Origin: Paecilomyces variotii
Taxonomy: Eukaryota
Length of the DNA stretch: 47,464 bases
Reading direction: 5' to 3' (one strand)
NCBI GenBank assembly: GCA_004022145.1
Contig: RCNU01000032.1
Positions 1 to 14,564 of the stretch are shown here, in pieces; within the stretch, counting starts at the first letter, position 1, and the number at the start of each line of letters is the position of its first letter. A model generated the notes under the pieces. It saw only the letters and a list, made by a program, of their open reading frames with translations, ran no database searches and was not told where the DNA came from. The translations under genes and the position numbers were made by a program.

Positions 1-1986
1 TTCTTAATAATAGTAGTTATTATACTTATTAGAAAAATTAATTAGATTTAAGGTTTAATCTAAGACTACTATATTATATATTTTTAATTTAAGTATATTA
101 TAATAATTATCTTATTAACTATAGTTCTTATCTATAGTATTTATAGCTCGCCTTATTCTAGCGCTTATATAAGCTATAGCTTAAGGCTATATTAAAAAAG
201 GAGAGCCTTAATTATTATTTTTATACTAGTTTAAAGCTTAATATTATTAGTTTTAATTATTATACTATAAGAATTAATATAATTATATTAAGAGTTAGCC
301 TAGATTTTAAATTTAATATTATTATATTTATGCATTAAACTATTATAAGGCTTTATCTCTAGTTTAATTAATATTATTAGCATTACTTTAATTTTACCTT
401 AAGAGATTTAATAAGAAGGAATTTAATAAGAAGAGAAAATAATAAGAAAAGGTTTTAGTATTATTATAATTATATTACTAATAATAGTATTAGTTCTTAT
501 TTATTTACTCTTACTATACTATATAGGCTTCTTTAATTATTTTAATAAATTTAAATACTATAGTATTCTCTTATAGCATTTATATATTATACTTAAATAA
601 TAAAGAAAATCTATTTTATATAGCTAATAGTTAATTATATATTTCCTTTATTTTTATAATATATAATAAATATAATACTTATTAAATAAACTTTTAAAAA
701 GTCTAGCTAGCTATAATATTCTATATAATATAATATAAATACTTAAGTTACTTTATAGTAGCTATAATATTAATTTTAAAATATTTTATTAGCTATAAAA
801 TTTAACCTTCTTTAATAGAATAAGTATATAATACTTTATAGTTATAGTTAAATAGCCTAGCTATATATTATTATAGGGCTAAGCTATATAATAATGCTTA
901 AATATAGCTTTATATAATAAGTTCTTCTTTTATTATAGTTAAATTATAGATTTAATTAATAAAAATATAAATATTCTTATAATAAGTATATAGCTTCTTA
1001 TTATTATAATAGGACTTATTTTAATATAGTCTTTATTACTTAAATTAAGGTAAAAGTATTTTAACTTTATTTACTTTTATAGCATATTATTAATTATAGC
1101 GCTTATTAGTATTCTTAAGATAAATTTAGTATTTAAGTTTACTAAGAGATTATAGCTAAGAGTTTAATTTTAAACTAGTTACTATTATTAGTCTTACTAT
1201 TATTAATATTATTACTATTAGTATTAGTATTAATTATTATTTTAAGCTATTTTATTTTAACTTATAAGATATTTTATTATTTAGTAATTTTATAATCTAG
1301 CCTTTATATTTTTTACTATTTACTAATTAAATTTTATTATTTACTAGAATATCTCTATTAATATAGTATTAGAGTTAATAGCTAGTAGTACTAGAGATAT
1401 AAGCTAAGTTAATAGTATTTACTATATTATTAATATTTACTATTAGTTATATTAAGGCTTTACTTAAATATAGTAATAAGTCTAGGAAATAATATAATAA
1501 GTTAAATAATAAGACTCTTTAATACTTAGTTCTCTAGCTTTAAAAGATAAAATTCTGAAAATTTCTAATAACTAGATTAAGTAAGAATAAATAAAGAGAT
1601 ATAATAACTAAAATATATAGCTTAAGTTACTTTTACTACTTCTACTAGTATTTATCTTATAATAGAGCTATAGAAATACTATATAAATATATAGAATATA
1701 GTTTACTTAGCGGCTATATAAGTTCTATTATAAAATTAGCTAAGTCTATTATATTAATTTATTATTTCTAAAAAATAAAATACTTTATTAATATTAAAAT
1801 AAATCTAAGAAAGTCTTTAATAATACTATAAAGTATAAATTAATCTATTACCTATAATATAAGAAATATAAATTATATTATTTTACTTAAGGAGAAAATA
1901 CTTATAGCTTAATTTAAAATACTTTAATATAAGCTAATAAAGTATACTTTAAGAAGTTATATCTTAAGTAATAAGATAAGATAAAA

Positions 1987-2124
1987 TCTTAAAGCTAATA
2001 AAAATGCTTAATTAAAGAAGCTATTTAGAGGCTAAGCTAAACTAATCTATTTAGCTATTACTCTATTAACTAAGCTAGCTACTAGCGCGGGCGACTACTA
2101 TTAAAGCCCTTAGGGGCACTAAAA
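1987..2124 (-). repeat. 3' LTR of Copia-1
   Basis: Co-linear with 6830-6967; differences are C/T and G/A; adjacent to PPT. Confidence 0.92.
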
Positions 2125-5100
2125 TACTTTCTTTAACTATACTAGTAAATAGCTTAATTACTTAATTAGGTAATTTATTTAAACCCTTTAAACGTCTAGT
2201 TTCTTTAATTTTATAAGCTCTTAAAACTTCTTAAATTTAATATAGTTTAATAGCTTTATTAAGCTATTTATTAAGTTTATTTTACTATTAATTTTCTATA
2301 GTTTAATTATATTATTAGCTGCTATAGATTAAATAAAGAAATAGTAATTATTTAGCTATTTAGTAATTAGTTTATAACCCTTATTTCTAATTAAAATTAT
2401 AGTATTCGCTATATTAATCTAGATTAATATAGGAATCTTTAGATTCTATTTAAGACTTAGAGTATAGGCTAGCTTTTTTATAAATATAGCTTCTTTTACT
2501 ATAGAATTTAATATATAGAATTTAATAATTATTATTAATAGAGCTATTATTTATTACTTCTTACTAGACTAGCTAATAAGTATATCTTTATATAAGATTA
2601 TAAATGCTTTAATTAAAGTTTTATTAAGGTTATTCTAGTAATTAGTATTTATATAAACTTTAATACTTATATTAAGATTTACTCTTAGTTTAATACTATA
2701 GTTAAAAGCTTAATAAATATATTATAATAAATATTTTACTGCTTTAATATCTTTATTATTTAAGTTACTTATCTTTTACTATAAGTAGTTTATAGCTTAA
2801 GCTAAGTTTAGCTATATTTTAATTATTAACTAGCTTAACTTTTTAATAAGAGTTTAATATTTAATTTTAATATCTTTATTAGCTAATTCTTTTAAAGTCT
2901 TTAGTGTATATATTAATATTATAGGGATTTAGATTTTTATTAGTTTCTTATTATAGAAGCTAAAGTTAGCTAAAATAACTAGTATATAGCTAGCTTAGCT
3001 TATAGTAATTATTTCCTATTTTTAATCTCTATTAAGCTTATAATTTAAAAAGTTAAAGAGTTTATTAAGAATCTTTATATTAAAGTAATTATTTAAAATT
3101 ATTATAAATATATTAATATTCTTCTTTATAAGTATTACTATAAGCATATTATTAATATAAATAATAATATACTATTCTCTATTTAATATAAAGATATATA
3201 GATCTTCTTCTAATAGTATAAAACCTATATCGCGAAGTTTATTTATAAGCATTATATTCTATAGGTTAATAAATTCTTATAGTTTATATAGAGTATAATA
3301 AAGTAAGTAGACTTAATATTTCCCTATAGTAAATTCTATTAGCTATTATATATAGATTTACTTATTATTTAATAAGGCGTTTAAATAAGCTATAATAATA
3401 TTATATTAAATCTAATATAACTTATATATAGTAATAAGAATTAAGAATAGTTTAATAGCTATCTTGCTTATTATTAAGCTATAGTATTATTTATATCTAA
3501 TAATTTATTAAAAGTTACTGTAAATTATTTATTTAGCTCTATATTCCTTTAAAAAGCTATTAGTATTAGTTTTAATATTATATACTTATTTCCCTAGTAA
3601 GATTTTAATATTCTTATTATCTAGATAGGGGACTAGTAACTAAGTTTACTTAGCTTTAAGCTTCTATATTTAAGTCTTCTTAGCTTATTACTAGTTACTA
3701 GCCTATAGAGAATTAACTATTTATTTATAAGTATAGGGGATTTTAACTTTATAAGCTTATATAGGTTATAGAGCTAGGGCTAAGATACTATATTATTTAC
3801 CCCCTTTAATCTTTACTACTTTCTTTACTTAAACTGCTTAAGTATTATAAGCTTATTTATCTCTTAGCTAAGTAATTAGCTTTTTATTCTATATAGGTTA
3901 TAATATCTTCTTTATTAATTCTCCTATAAGCTATAAGCTAATTAAATTAATATAGTTAATATCTTTATACTCTATAGAACTAGTATTATAAAAATCTTCT
4001 TATAATAAATTTAAAGAGGTTAAAATATCTTTAAGTAAAGCTTAATTAATTAGCTTATTTATCTAGGTATTTAAGTTACCTATAGCAAGTTAGATAATAT
4101 CTATATTCTCTTATATTTTTAATAGTTGCTATTTAATCTATTATTTAATTTAAGGTATAAGTAATAGAGTTCTAATATATTATTAAATAATATCTTTAAT
4201 TATTTAATAGATTAAGTTAACTATTTATAGTTAATTCTTAATATATTATCTTAGAATAAATATTTTTATTCTACTAGTAATTAGCGCTAAACTCTTTAAT
4301 ATAGGATTTTTTATAGTTATAGAAGTTAATAGATTATTAGAATCTTTAAAGAATATAATATTTTTAAAGTATTTAATCTTACTTATTTTAAAGATTTAGA
4401 CCTTATAAATATAATTATTATCTCTCTTATATCTAACTAAGTATTTAATTTAAGCATAAGATATTATTTTAAATGCTTACTTTCTATTTTCTTTAAATAT
4501 ATAAAGATATACTTAATAGCCCTAAACTTATAGGTATTCTAAAGAGGGGTTTTTATTTAATATATTAAAATATTTCCTTTACTTTATAATAGGAGGTTTA
4601 GTCTTATCTTTCTATAATAATCTATTTATAATATAGGTAATAGTCTTAATTATAAATAGCTAAAGGTTCTTTAAAAGTCTTAAAGCTATTATTATTATAT
4701 AAGCTAATAAGTTAAAATATTCTTTATAGTATTTTAAAGTACTATTACTCTCTAAGATTTATAAAGGTATTAATTTAACTTTTAATCTTTTAGCTTTAGC
4801 CTAAGACTTAAAGTTTAAGAATTCTCTTTTATTATTAATTCTCTAGTATTATAAGTAATTACTTATTAATAAGATATTCTTAATTCTTTTAATAAAGAAA
4901 ATTATATACTTTAAAGCTTTATCTTTTAATTTTAATATATAGATAAATTATATTCTTATAGCATTGTCTATAATAATAAAATAGTTTATATATTCTTAAA
5001 CTTCTAGTAGCTTTATAGATTAAGTATTTATATAAAAGAATTTTATTAGTTATAATATGCAGGGCTAAAAATCTCTAGATACTAATTACTTTACCTTTAT

Positions 5101-6829
5101 TATATAATATGCTTTATAGTAGAAGTCTATATTCTTAGTAAATTAAATAATTATAGGGTTTAATTTAATAATAGCTTTAAGCTTTATAATACTAATATAT
5201 TTTATTTTCTTATATAAGAGCTCTAGTAATATTATAGATATAGTAATCTATTTATAAAGCTTAAGCTATAAGATATTTCTATTCTTATATATATATTTAA
5301 TAACCTAATTAATATCTATATTTATTAGTCTATTATCTTAAAAGTTATACTATATTTTATATAGTATTTTATTTTAAATTATAGAGAATAAATAGTATTT
5401 TTACTTTAGTATATATAGAGTATAGATAAGAATACTATTTATATAATTATTATTAAGCTTAAGGTCTAGTCTAATAATATCTTTACTTTTACTTTTATTT
5501 AAAATATTATTAATATAATTATATTTATATTATTACTTTTCTTTAAAAGTAAAGTCTTTATATTTAATAAACTAGGATTTATTATTATATATATTTCTAT
5601 ATACCTCTAAGTCTACTATTTAGCTAATAGGTAAAATAAGTATTACTAAAACTATTATCTTTATAAAGCTATTAAAATTCTTCTTCTTATTATTCTATTT
5701 TTATAGATTAAAATTAACTTTCTTTTAGTTTAAAAGAATTTAAATACTCTTTAGTAAGTGCTATTAATTAGAGACTTTTTCCTTAAGGTAATAGTAATCT
5801 ATAAAGTTATATTTAAGTATATAGTAATATCTATATTTGCCTTTAAAGAATAGCTTTTTCTTATATATTTTATAAGCAAAGTCTAAAGAGTCTTTACCTA
5901 GAGATAGACTCTTTAATAATTTATTTAACTGCCTAATCTTCTAGATAAAAGTCTTATTTGCAGATATAGTAAGAACTGCTTAAGTACTCTTATAAAATCT
6001 AGCTTAATTAATAGCTTTAAAGCTAAATTACTAGAACTCTTTTATTATTATATTAATTAAAGGTTTAGTTTATTAAGCTTACTTAATATAATAGGAGTTA
6101 GTCTAAGCTAATATTTTAAATTTAAGCTATTTAAGCATTAATATTACTATATTAAAGGGCGAGAGAATTAAGCTTATATTATTTAATTTTATTATATAAT
6201 CTCTAAATTTAGTAATATATTATTTAATTATTTTATATTAGGATTTAATTATAGTAATAGCTTATTAGAATATAAAGAGTCTGCTTAAAGTTAAGCTATA
6301 ATTAATAATCTTTTTAATTGCTTTAATATATTTATTTATATAAATTAGCTTATTTAATATAATTCTAATAATTTTAATTAGCTTATAGTTTATTTAACTA
6401 TTAATTTAGCTCTTTATTATTAAGCTAAGCTTTCTCTATATTTTATAGATTTTAACTTTATTTTAAAATATAGGTCTTCTAATAGATATATTAATTAAGT
6501 TCTCGCAGTTTATAGTTCTAAGAACTTCTTTAACTAGCTAAAGCTAGTTATTAAAGTTACTATTATTAATTAAACGTTTAGCTATTATAAGTATTTTATC
6601 TTATATAATCTTTAGCAGCTTTAATTCTTAATAGATTATAACTGCTAGAGCTATTAAGAGAGTTAATACTAGAGATAGAGTTATTATCTTAAAGGATTAG
6701 TCTATTTAAGGGTAAAGGTCTATTAGTTTAACTCCTTATTATAGGTATTATTTAATTAAAGAATTAAAGCTTTAAGGTATTTAGCTTATCTATTTAAAAT
6801 AGTAATAAGGTTAAGCTAAGCTTATAATC

Positions 6830-6967
6830 TCTTAGAGTTAATAAAAATACTTAATTAAGAAAGCTATCTAGGGGCTAAGCTAAACTAATTTATTTAGCTA
6901 TTACTTTACTAACTAAGCTAGCTACTAGCATAGGCAATTATTACTAAAGCTCTTAAAGGTATTAAAA
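6830..6967 (-). repeat. 5' LTR of Copia-1
   Basis: Co-linear with 1987-2124; adjacent to PBS-like gcttataatc. Confidence 0.92.
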
Positions 6968-8600
6968 TAAAATTAATAAGATAAATAGTTTTATAGTTAA
7001 ATTAATTCTTAAATTAAGAAGTTACTATTTAAAATACTATTAAACTATATATAAGCTCTAATATTCCTTTAAATAATATAGGGAGATATTAGCTTTAATT
7101 TATTTTCTCTAAAGGCTAGCTTATTATAAAGGCTTAACCTTAGCTTCTTTAAGCAAGATACTTAGTAAAGAGACTAAAGCTAAATTATAATAATACTAGA
7201 AATAAAAATAATAAAACTAATAATATAATATAGAATTCTAATAAAAAAAGAAAGGCTTTAAATATAAGTATTTTTAGCTAACTTATAATATCTCTAGGTA
7301 TAAAATATATAAGAAAATAGCTTAATATAAATAATTTAATAAAAGATATTAAATTAAGACTAATAGAGGTAAAACTTAATAATATTAAGATAAATTTTAT
7401 AAAAAGAAATATAGAAAATAAGTAATATAAGAACTTCTAATAATAACAGATAACTTTATATATAATAAGGAAGAAACTGCAGATAACTTATTAGTATTAA
7501 GAGCTAACTTAAGATAATAATATTTAAATAATATAATAAATTACTATAATAGTTTTTAAAATACTCTTAATAATAATTAAGCTTTAAATAACCTTAATAT
7601 ACTACTAAATTAATATAGTATAAGAGATAAAGAAGTTATTTTTCTATTAGCTATATAAGGAAATAATTATATAGCTAAGTTATTGCCTAAGGCTTTTATA
7701 CCTTATATCTCTATACTTTATTAAAGTAATAAGCGGCGCTAAAGTAGTATTATATACTCTATATCTATATTAAGGCTTTAAGCTTTTTTTATATTTAGTT
7801 TATAATATAAGACTAAGTAATATTACTCTTTAATAGTTTTTAAAGCCTACTAGTAAAATAATTTAAATTAAATTTAAGCTAAAGTAAAAGCTATTTAAAC
7901 TATTTAAATCGCTTTATAGTCTTTAATATAATATCTAGAATAAATAATCTATTAATAAGTTAAGAGATAATAAGTTTATTATTTATTTCTTAAAGCTTAT
8001 TTAATATAATATTTAAGTTATATAAATAAAGGCTAATCTTTATAAATATACTTTTAATAGTAGAGGATTTAAAGATTTTTAATTATATAGATTTAAGCGC
8101 TTAAAAGAACTTATACTTACTAAACTTAAAATTACTTATTCTTATATTAAAATTAATAGCTTTATTATAATAATACTTAAATACTTAAAAAATACTAATA
8201 TTTAGTAGTTAAATTAAATAATTAATACAAGGTATTAATATAAAGAGGAGAATTTTCTTTTTTTTATAGTAGTTAAGGATTTTATATATTAAATAAAAGC
8301 TATATTTATTATATAAAAGAAGATAATAAGTCTTTTACTAATAATAAGCTAACTAGTAATTAAAGTATTATATTTACTAATAGGCTAAAAAGTTATTTAT
8401 ATATCTAGAGTTAAATACTTTAATTACAGTATTAATATCTAGAACCTTAAATTATTTTACTTAAATATACTTACTAATTAAAATAATAAAGGGAAAAAGT
8501 ATTAATTTATTAGCGCTTATTATTTTAATTATAATAACTCTTTAAGAATATAATTACTTATATATAGCTTTTTTTTATTACTTTAGAATAATAACTTAAT

Positions 8601-8875
8601 AGTTAAAAAAAATAGGTTTAAATAGAATTCCCTAGACTAATCTAATAGCTTAAAGGGCTAATAATACTTAAGGAGAAAGAGTATTAGCGCATATAGTAGA
8701 TATAAAATATATATATATATATTCTTACTTAAGGTAATAGATTTTATATAGAGCTTAAGAAGTAGTTTTTTTAAACTGCCTAATTTTATTAAAATAAAAG
8801 TATTCTTAAAGATTTCCTTAAAGTAAAATCTTTATTATATTAAAATTTACTAGTTTTAACTGCTATTTTATAATA
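8601..8875 (-). repeat. 3' LTR of Copia-2
   Basis: Direct repeat of 13629-13901, with a (TA)n length difference. Confidence 0.95.
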
Positions 8876-11800
8876 CTTCTCCTTAATCTAAATTTATTAA
8901 GTTAGTTAATCTTAATTAATTTAAGAATTTTAAGAAATTTACCTTTAGCAATAATTTAATAAAATTATTTATTATTATATTTTATATTCTAATAAACTTA
9001 ATATTAATCTTATTCTTTTAATATAAGTTATATATATAATAGTATATAATATTAATATATTTTAACCTTTTATAGATATAAGTATCTCTAATTAGTAATA
9101 ATAATATTTAATTATCTTTATAGACTTTAACTAGAAAACTAATAATAAAAGCTTACTCTTCTCTTATTATTAGCTTAAATTTATTTAGATTAATATAGTA
9201 TTTATATCCTATATCTTTTAAAAAAAGGGCTAATTATTAAGACTATTTTATAGCTTAATATATAGCTATATATTTAGCCTCTATAGTTAAAGTTATAATA
9301 GATTTTTATTTTTTATTTAATTAACTTATTAAGCTACTAGCTAAAGTAAAAATATTCCTTAAGATTAATATTTAATTAGTCTTATCTATTATATAATCTA
9401 AGTTTAAATATTTAATAAGTTACTAGTCTTAGTTTATATTAAACTTAAGACTAAGGTATATAATTAATTATAAGTATTTTATAAAGAATTTTAATACTTT
9501 AAAGTATATTTTAAATAGATTTAATAAATATTAACTTAATCTACCTATTATAAATATAATATTTAATCTTATTAAGATTATTAAATAGATTAAGCTATTA
9601 ATAATCTTTTAATACTCTCTTTAATTTATTCTTTTATCTTAAGGGCTAAATAGTTTTAAAGAGTTATATCTATTTAATAAGATATTAACTAAATATACTT
9701 TCTCCTTACTTATTTTATATTATAATAAGAGTTTTTTAATATAATAAGATTAGTCTATTATTAATATTTAGTCCTTCTTATTTTAAATAACTTAAATATT
9801 AAGAATTTTCTTTATTTCTTTTAAGTTCTTTATTTTATATATTAATTTAAACTCTTATTTAAATTAGTAAATATTCTTTATTTATTTTATACTAATTAAG
9901 ATATTATTAATATATATTAAAAATAAGATCTCTTTCTCTAAGTATTATAATAAATATAGATTAATATTAATCTATATAAAACTTATTTTCTAGAATATTT
10001 CTATATAGGTTTAATTCTAATCTCTTATAGCTTATTTTAAATTATATAGAGATTAAAGAACTTTTAATACTATTTTTAGTAATATATTTATTTCTAATAA
10101 AGGTATTATATATATCTTCTTTTTTAATATTAACTCTATAAAGGTATTATTAATATCTATAATATAGTACTTATAATTCTCTATTATAATAATAGCTAAG
10201 AATATTTATAATATATTATATTATAAGATAGAAGTAAAGATATACTTAAAATTAATATTATATTTCTAAGTAAATCCTTAAATAATAAGATATACCTTAA
10301 GCTTTTAAAGGGAATTATTTAAATTATACTTTATAGCTAATATTTAATAGCTAATTATAATATTAGCTCTTAATAATAATATAATTACTTTAAAAATTCT
10401 ATTTATTTAAAGTATATTTATTTTAACTTTAAATATATTCTGCTATAATTTATTCTAGATAAGGTTATTAATTATAGTATAATATAAGTTTAAGATTAGA
10501 ATATATTTTTTTATTATATATATTACTATTATAATATTTAATACTTATTTTATATATTTCTCTTAGTCTATATTAATACCTAGAGATAGAAGATTTAATA
10601 TAAGTATTACTTAATATAACTTTTTAACTTCTTATTTATTATCTAATAATTTAATCTTCTCTCTCTTATATTTTACTATATAGAGAATTTTTATATAAGA
10701 TATAACTTACTTACTTAATAGAGATAAAGAGTTTATTTATAAATTTTTATAATTATTTAAATTATTAGAATAAAAATAATTAAATATTTCTTTTTATTCT
10801 ATAATTTTATTATAATAAAAAGCTTCTTTTTCTTTTTAAAGAAATATTTTAATTTTTTTTTAATAAAATATTTCTTTTTCTTTTTAAAAAAAATTAGAAC
10901 TTTTTTATAACTCTTCTCCTAATTATTAATATTATTCTTCTTTTTATTTAAGAGTATATATATACTTAAGATAATAGGCTAGGTTACTAGTTAATCTTTT
11001 AAATTCTTTATTAATACTATATTTAATAATAATTTTTAGAGAATCTTAAGATTTAAATCTTCTTTTAATTTATTTTTAAAAAATTTAGCTTAATAGGTTT
11101 TAATAGTCTTTTTTATATCTAAAGCTTAAATTTTTTATTATTTATTTATTCTCTTAATATATCTTATAAAAATATAGATCTTATTTTAATCTATTAATTT
11201 ATCCCTCTATATATCTTATAGTAGAGATTTTAACTTTATATATAATACTGCCTAATATCTTTATACTTTTAAATAATTAATTAATAACTTAACTCTAGTA
11301 AAGGCTTTTTTTAAAAATATTTAAACTCTATTAACTATTAGTCTATTTAATACTTTATTTCTAATATATATATTAGTTTAAGCTATCTCTACCTATAATT
11401 TAATTAAAAGGTTTAAATTTTTAAGTATAACTCTTATTTCTTTTTTAATAGTCTAATATACTTATTTTATAGCTTTATTCTATATTAATATATATAGAAC
11501 TATTAGTTTATAATAGGTGCTAAATTATTTCCTTTAGATTTTAAAAAAATTCTTAAGTTCTAGTATATTATCTAATTATATACTAAAAATTTAGAGACTT
11601 ATTATTATTTTAATCTTTCTTTTCTATTTATTTAAAATAGAGGCAGTATTAGATTTAGCTTTTATTAGAAATATCTATATTTTTCTTAAGAAATTATCTA
11701 TAACTATTAAGAAATAAATATATCTATTTTTAAACTCTAGCATTTAACTATATATATTTATATAAATAAGTTTAAAGATACTAGCCTTTTATATACTAGT

Positions 11801-13628
11801 AATTTCTCTCTTATTTCTAATACTAGCTATAATATATATTATATACTAATAGTCTATTACTATTTTAATAGGCTTCTTTAATATAGTTAAGTTATATAAA
11901 TTTTTAATCTTTTTAGGTTTAAGATAGTTAATTCTCTTATATTATAGTTAATATTTCTCTTTAATTTTATTTTAATAAAATCCTTCTTCTTAATCTATAA
12001 TTATAATATTAAGAATATCTTTAATTAAGAGTAGTATAATAAGTATATACTATAACTTAAGTATTTAATCTAGGAAAATTCTTTTAATAATATAAACTCT
12101 ATATTTAATAGTACTTTAAATTATAACTTTATTTAACTTATTTAATATAGATATTATTCTTTTATTAAAGTATTTGCATATATTTAACTACTAATAGAAT
12201 ATTTTAATTAATAAGAGATTTATCTTAAAGTTTAGTATAAGTAATATATTTTCTAGGTTTAATATCTTCCTATTCTTATCTTTTAAAATAGCTATTTTTA
12301 TATATTTTAAATATAGAATTCCTCTACTTATATAAATATATCTCTATTAAATCTAAATTAATAATCTTTTAAAATAATAGTTTTTATTAATTATATATAA
12401 ACTAATATTACTATTTATATATTATTAAGATAAATTCTTATTAATAATATCTTTTAAAAGATAAGCAATTTTATATAAGACTTAGTTATTAAAAATAACT
12501 AAAGTTAAAGATTTTAATTAAGATTAGCTCTTCTTAAAGTCTAAGGTTTTTTCTATTTTATATATTCTATATTTTTATTTTTTAATCTCTTACTTTTTAA
12601 AAATTAAACCTCCTTATAGAGTTTAATAATTAAGTTTATTATCTTCTTATTTTAGATAATAAAATTATTAAATATTTATTTAAGAGACTTCTTTCTCTAT
12701 CTTTAATTATTTCTTATACTTTTTTAAATAATAAATAAGAATAGGCAGTCTTTAATATAATAATCCTTCTTATAAATATAGTATTTAATTAGAGTTTATT
12801 TATTTTTAATAAAAAATATAATAATTAGCTTTATTTAGAGTTAGGCTTCTACTTCCTTTAAAATACTTAAGATTTTATCTATATTTAGGCTTATTTATAT
12901 ATTAATTATTATTCTAATAGTAGTATACTCTTTAAATAAGGCTAAAAGTAGTTATTAAATCCTAGCTTTAGGTTTAGTTAAAGAAAATATATCCTTATTA
13001 TATACTTTAATTTTCTTCTCTATTAAGTTTAGTTATCCCTAAATATTTAAAATTATTTATCTAGGGGTTATCTAAAATTATATATATTATTAAATAAGCT
13101 AATATTTTTAAATAAAGAGGGATTATTTATATTTTATTTATAGTCTCTTTTATAGATTCTTTATATTAAATAAATTTATAAAGTTCTTCTAGTTATTATC
13201 TAAGAGATATTTAATAATTTGATATTATATAATTATATTAGTCTTTCTAAATATCTTCTTATCCTAGCTTTTTTTTCTTCTTTAGATAATTTAATAGTAT
13301 CTTAGTAATTTTTACTAAAGAGCTATTTTTTTATATATAAAAACTATATCTTATAGTTCTCCCTTAAAAAGGTAAAAACTAGTTTCTTTCTTTTATTATT
13401 TTTATCTTTTATTAAAGATATAATAATAATAAGTTAATCCTTTAACCTTTAATAGAATCTAACTCTTATTAGATTTAGTATTTAATATAATATTAGAATA
13501 GTCTTATTATAGGTCCTCTTATATAAAGATAGCTTATTATTATTAGTTTAAACTTAAATATTTAAGATAAAATAGTTTTTACTATATAGCTATTTCTCCT
13601 AAGTTATTATAAACCCGGGCTTATAACT

Positions 13629-13901
13629 AATTAAAAAGAATAGGTTTAAATAAAATTCCCTAGATTAATCTAATAGCTTAAAGGGCTAATAATACTTAGG
13701 GAGAAAAAGTATTAGTGCATATAGTAGATATAAAGTATATATATATATTTTTACTTAGAGTAATAGATTTTATATAGAGCTTAGGAAATAGTTTCTCTAA
13801 GCTGCTTAATTTCACTAAAGTAAAATTATTTCTAAAGATTTCCTTAAAATAAAATCTTTATTATACTAGAACTTACTAGTCTTAACTGCTATTTTATAAT
13901 A
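13629..13901 (-). repeat. 5' LTR of Copia-2
   Basis: Direct repeat of 8601-8875. Confidence 0.95.
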
Positions 13902-14136
13902 TTAATAATCTTTCTCTTTTCTTATTTAAAAGCCTATCTTATTTATATTATAAAGATTCGCAGATTATATAGTTAAACTAATTAGTATTTATTTATAATA
14001 ATAATATTAGTCTTATTATTTAAGCAATAAGCCTTTTTCTTATCTATATTAAAAGCTTATTGCTTTTATATATATATCTTAAGATATTATTTAAGGAATT
14101 ATTTAAGCTAGTATTTACTAATTTTTAGCAGAAATA

Positions 14137-14564
14137 ATATAATTCCCTACTAACTTAATTACTTACTTAACTTAATTAGTGCTATATTACCTATAAAATA
14201 GCTTATTTCTAAGCATAGATATTTTAATAACGAAGCAGTTTAAAGGCTCTAAAATATAAAGATTTAGAATATAGAGTATTAAGAATATTCAGGCTAAGTT
14301 TTAATTATTAAAATTCTGTTTTTCTGTAAATAATTAATATATAAAGATAATTACTAAAATTATATATATAATTTATATAATATAACTAATAAGCGATTTT
14401 TAAAATTTAAGGTTTTAATATATAGTTATAAAGTACTATATAAAGCTATAGATTAAATATTATATATATTAGACAATTAGTTATTAAGATATTTAAGGCT
14501 TATTTTATAAGTAATATAGTATTAATTAAGTTAGGCGAGTAATTAAGTTAGTAAGAAATTATAT
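14137..14564. mobile_element. MITE (428 bp) with ~50-bp TIR atataattccctac..., TA TSD
   Basis: Inverted ends atataattccctactaacttaattac / gtaattaagttagtaagaaattatat. TA at 14135-14136 and 14565-14566. Absent from the homologous site at ~39572 (gaagTAttaagag). Confidence 0.92.

Larger units (their letters stand above)
1987..6967 (-). mobile_element. Full-length Ty1/Copia LTR retrotransposon relic (Copia-1)
   Basis: 138-bp direct repeats at 1987-2124 and 6830-6967; TSD TAAAA at 1982-1986 and 6968-6972. Purine tract on minus strand at ~2127-2136; GGTTATGAGC-like PBS at 6820-6829 (minus). RIPed RNase H motif NLADGLTKPL at ~2248-2278 (minus). Confidence 0.92.
8601..13901 (-). mobile_element. Full-length Ty1/Copia LTR retrotransposon relic (Copia-2)
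   Basis: LTRs at 8601-8875 and 13629-13901. TSD TTAAT at 8596-8600 and 13902-13906, present once in the empty site at ~39339. PPT (cttctcctt) at 8876-8884; PBS gggcttataact at 13617-13628. RIPed ADGFTK ~8950-8980, YVDD ~9903-9916, WHKRIGHL ~11920-11945. Confidence 0.95.
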
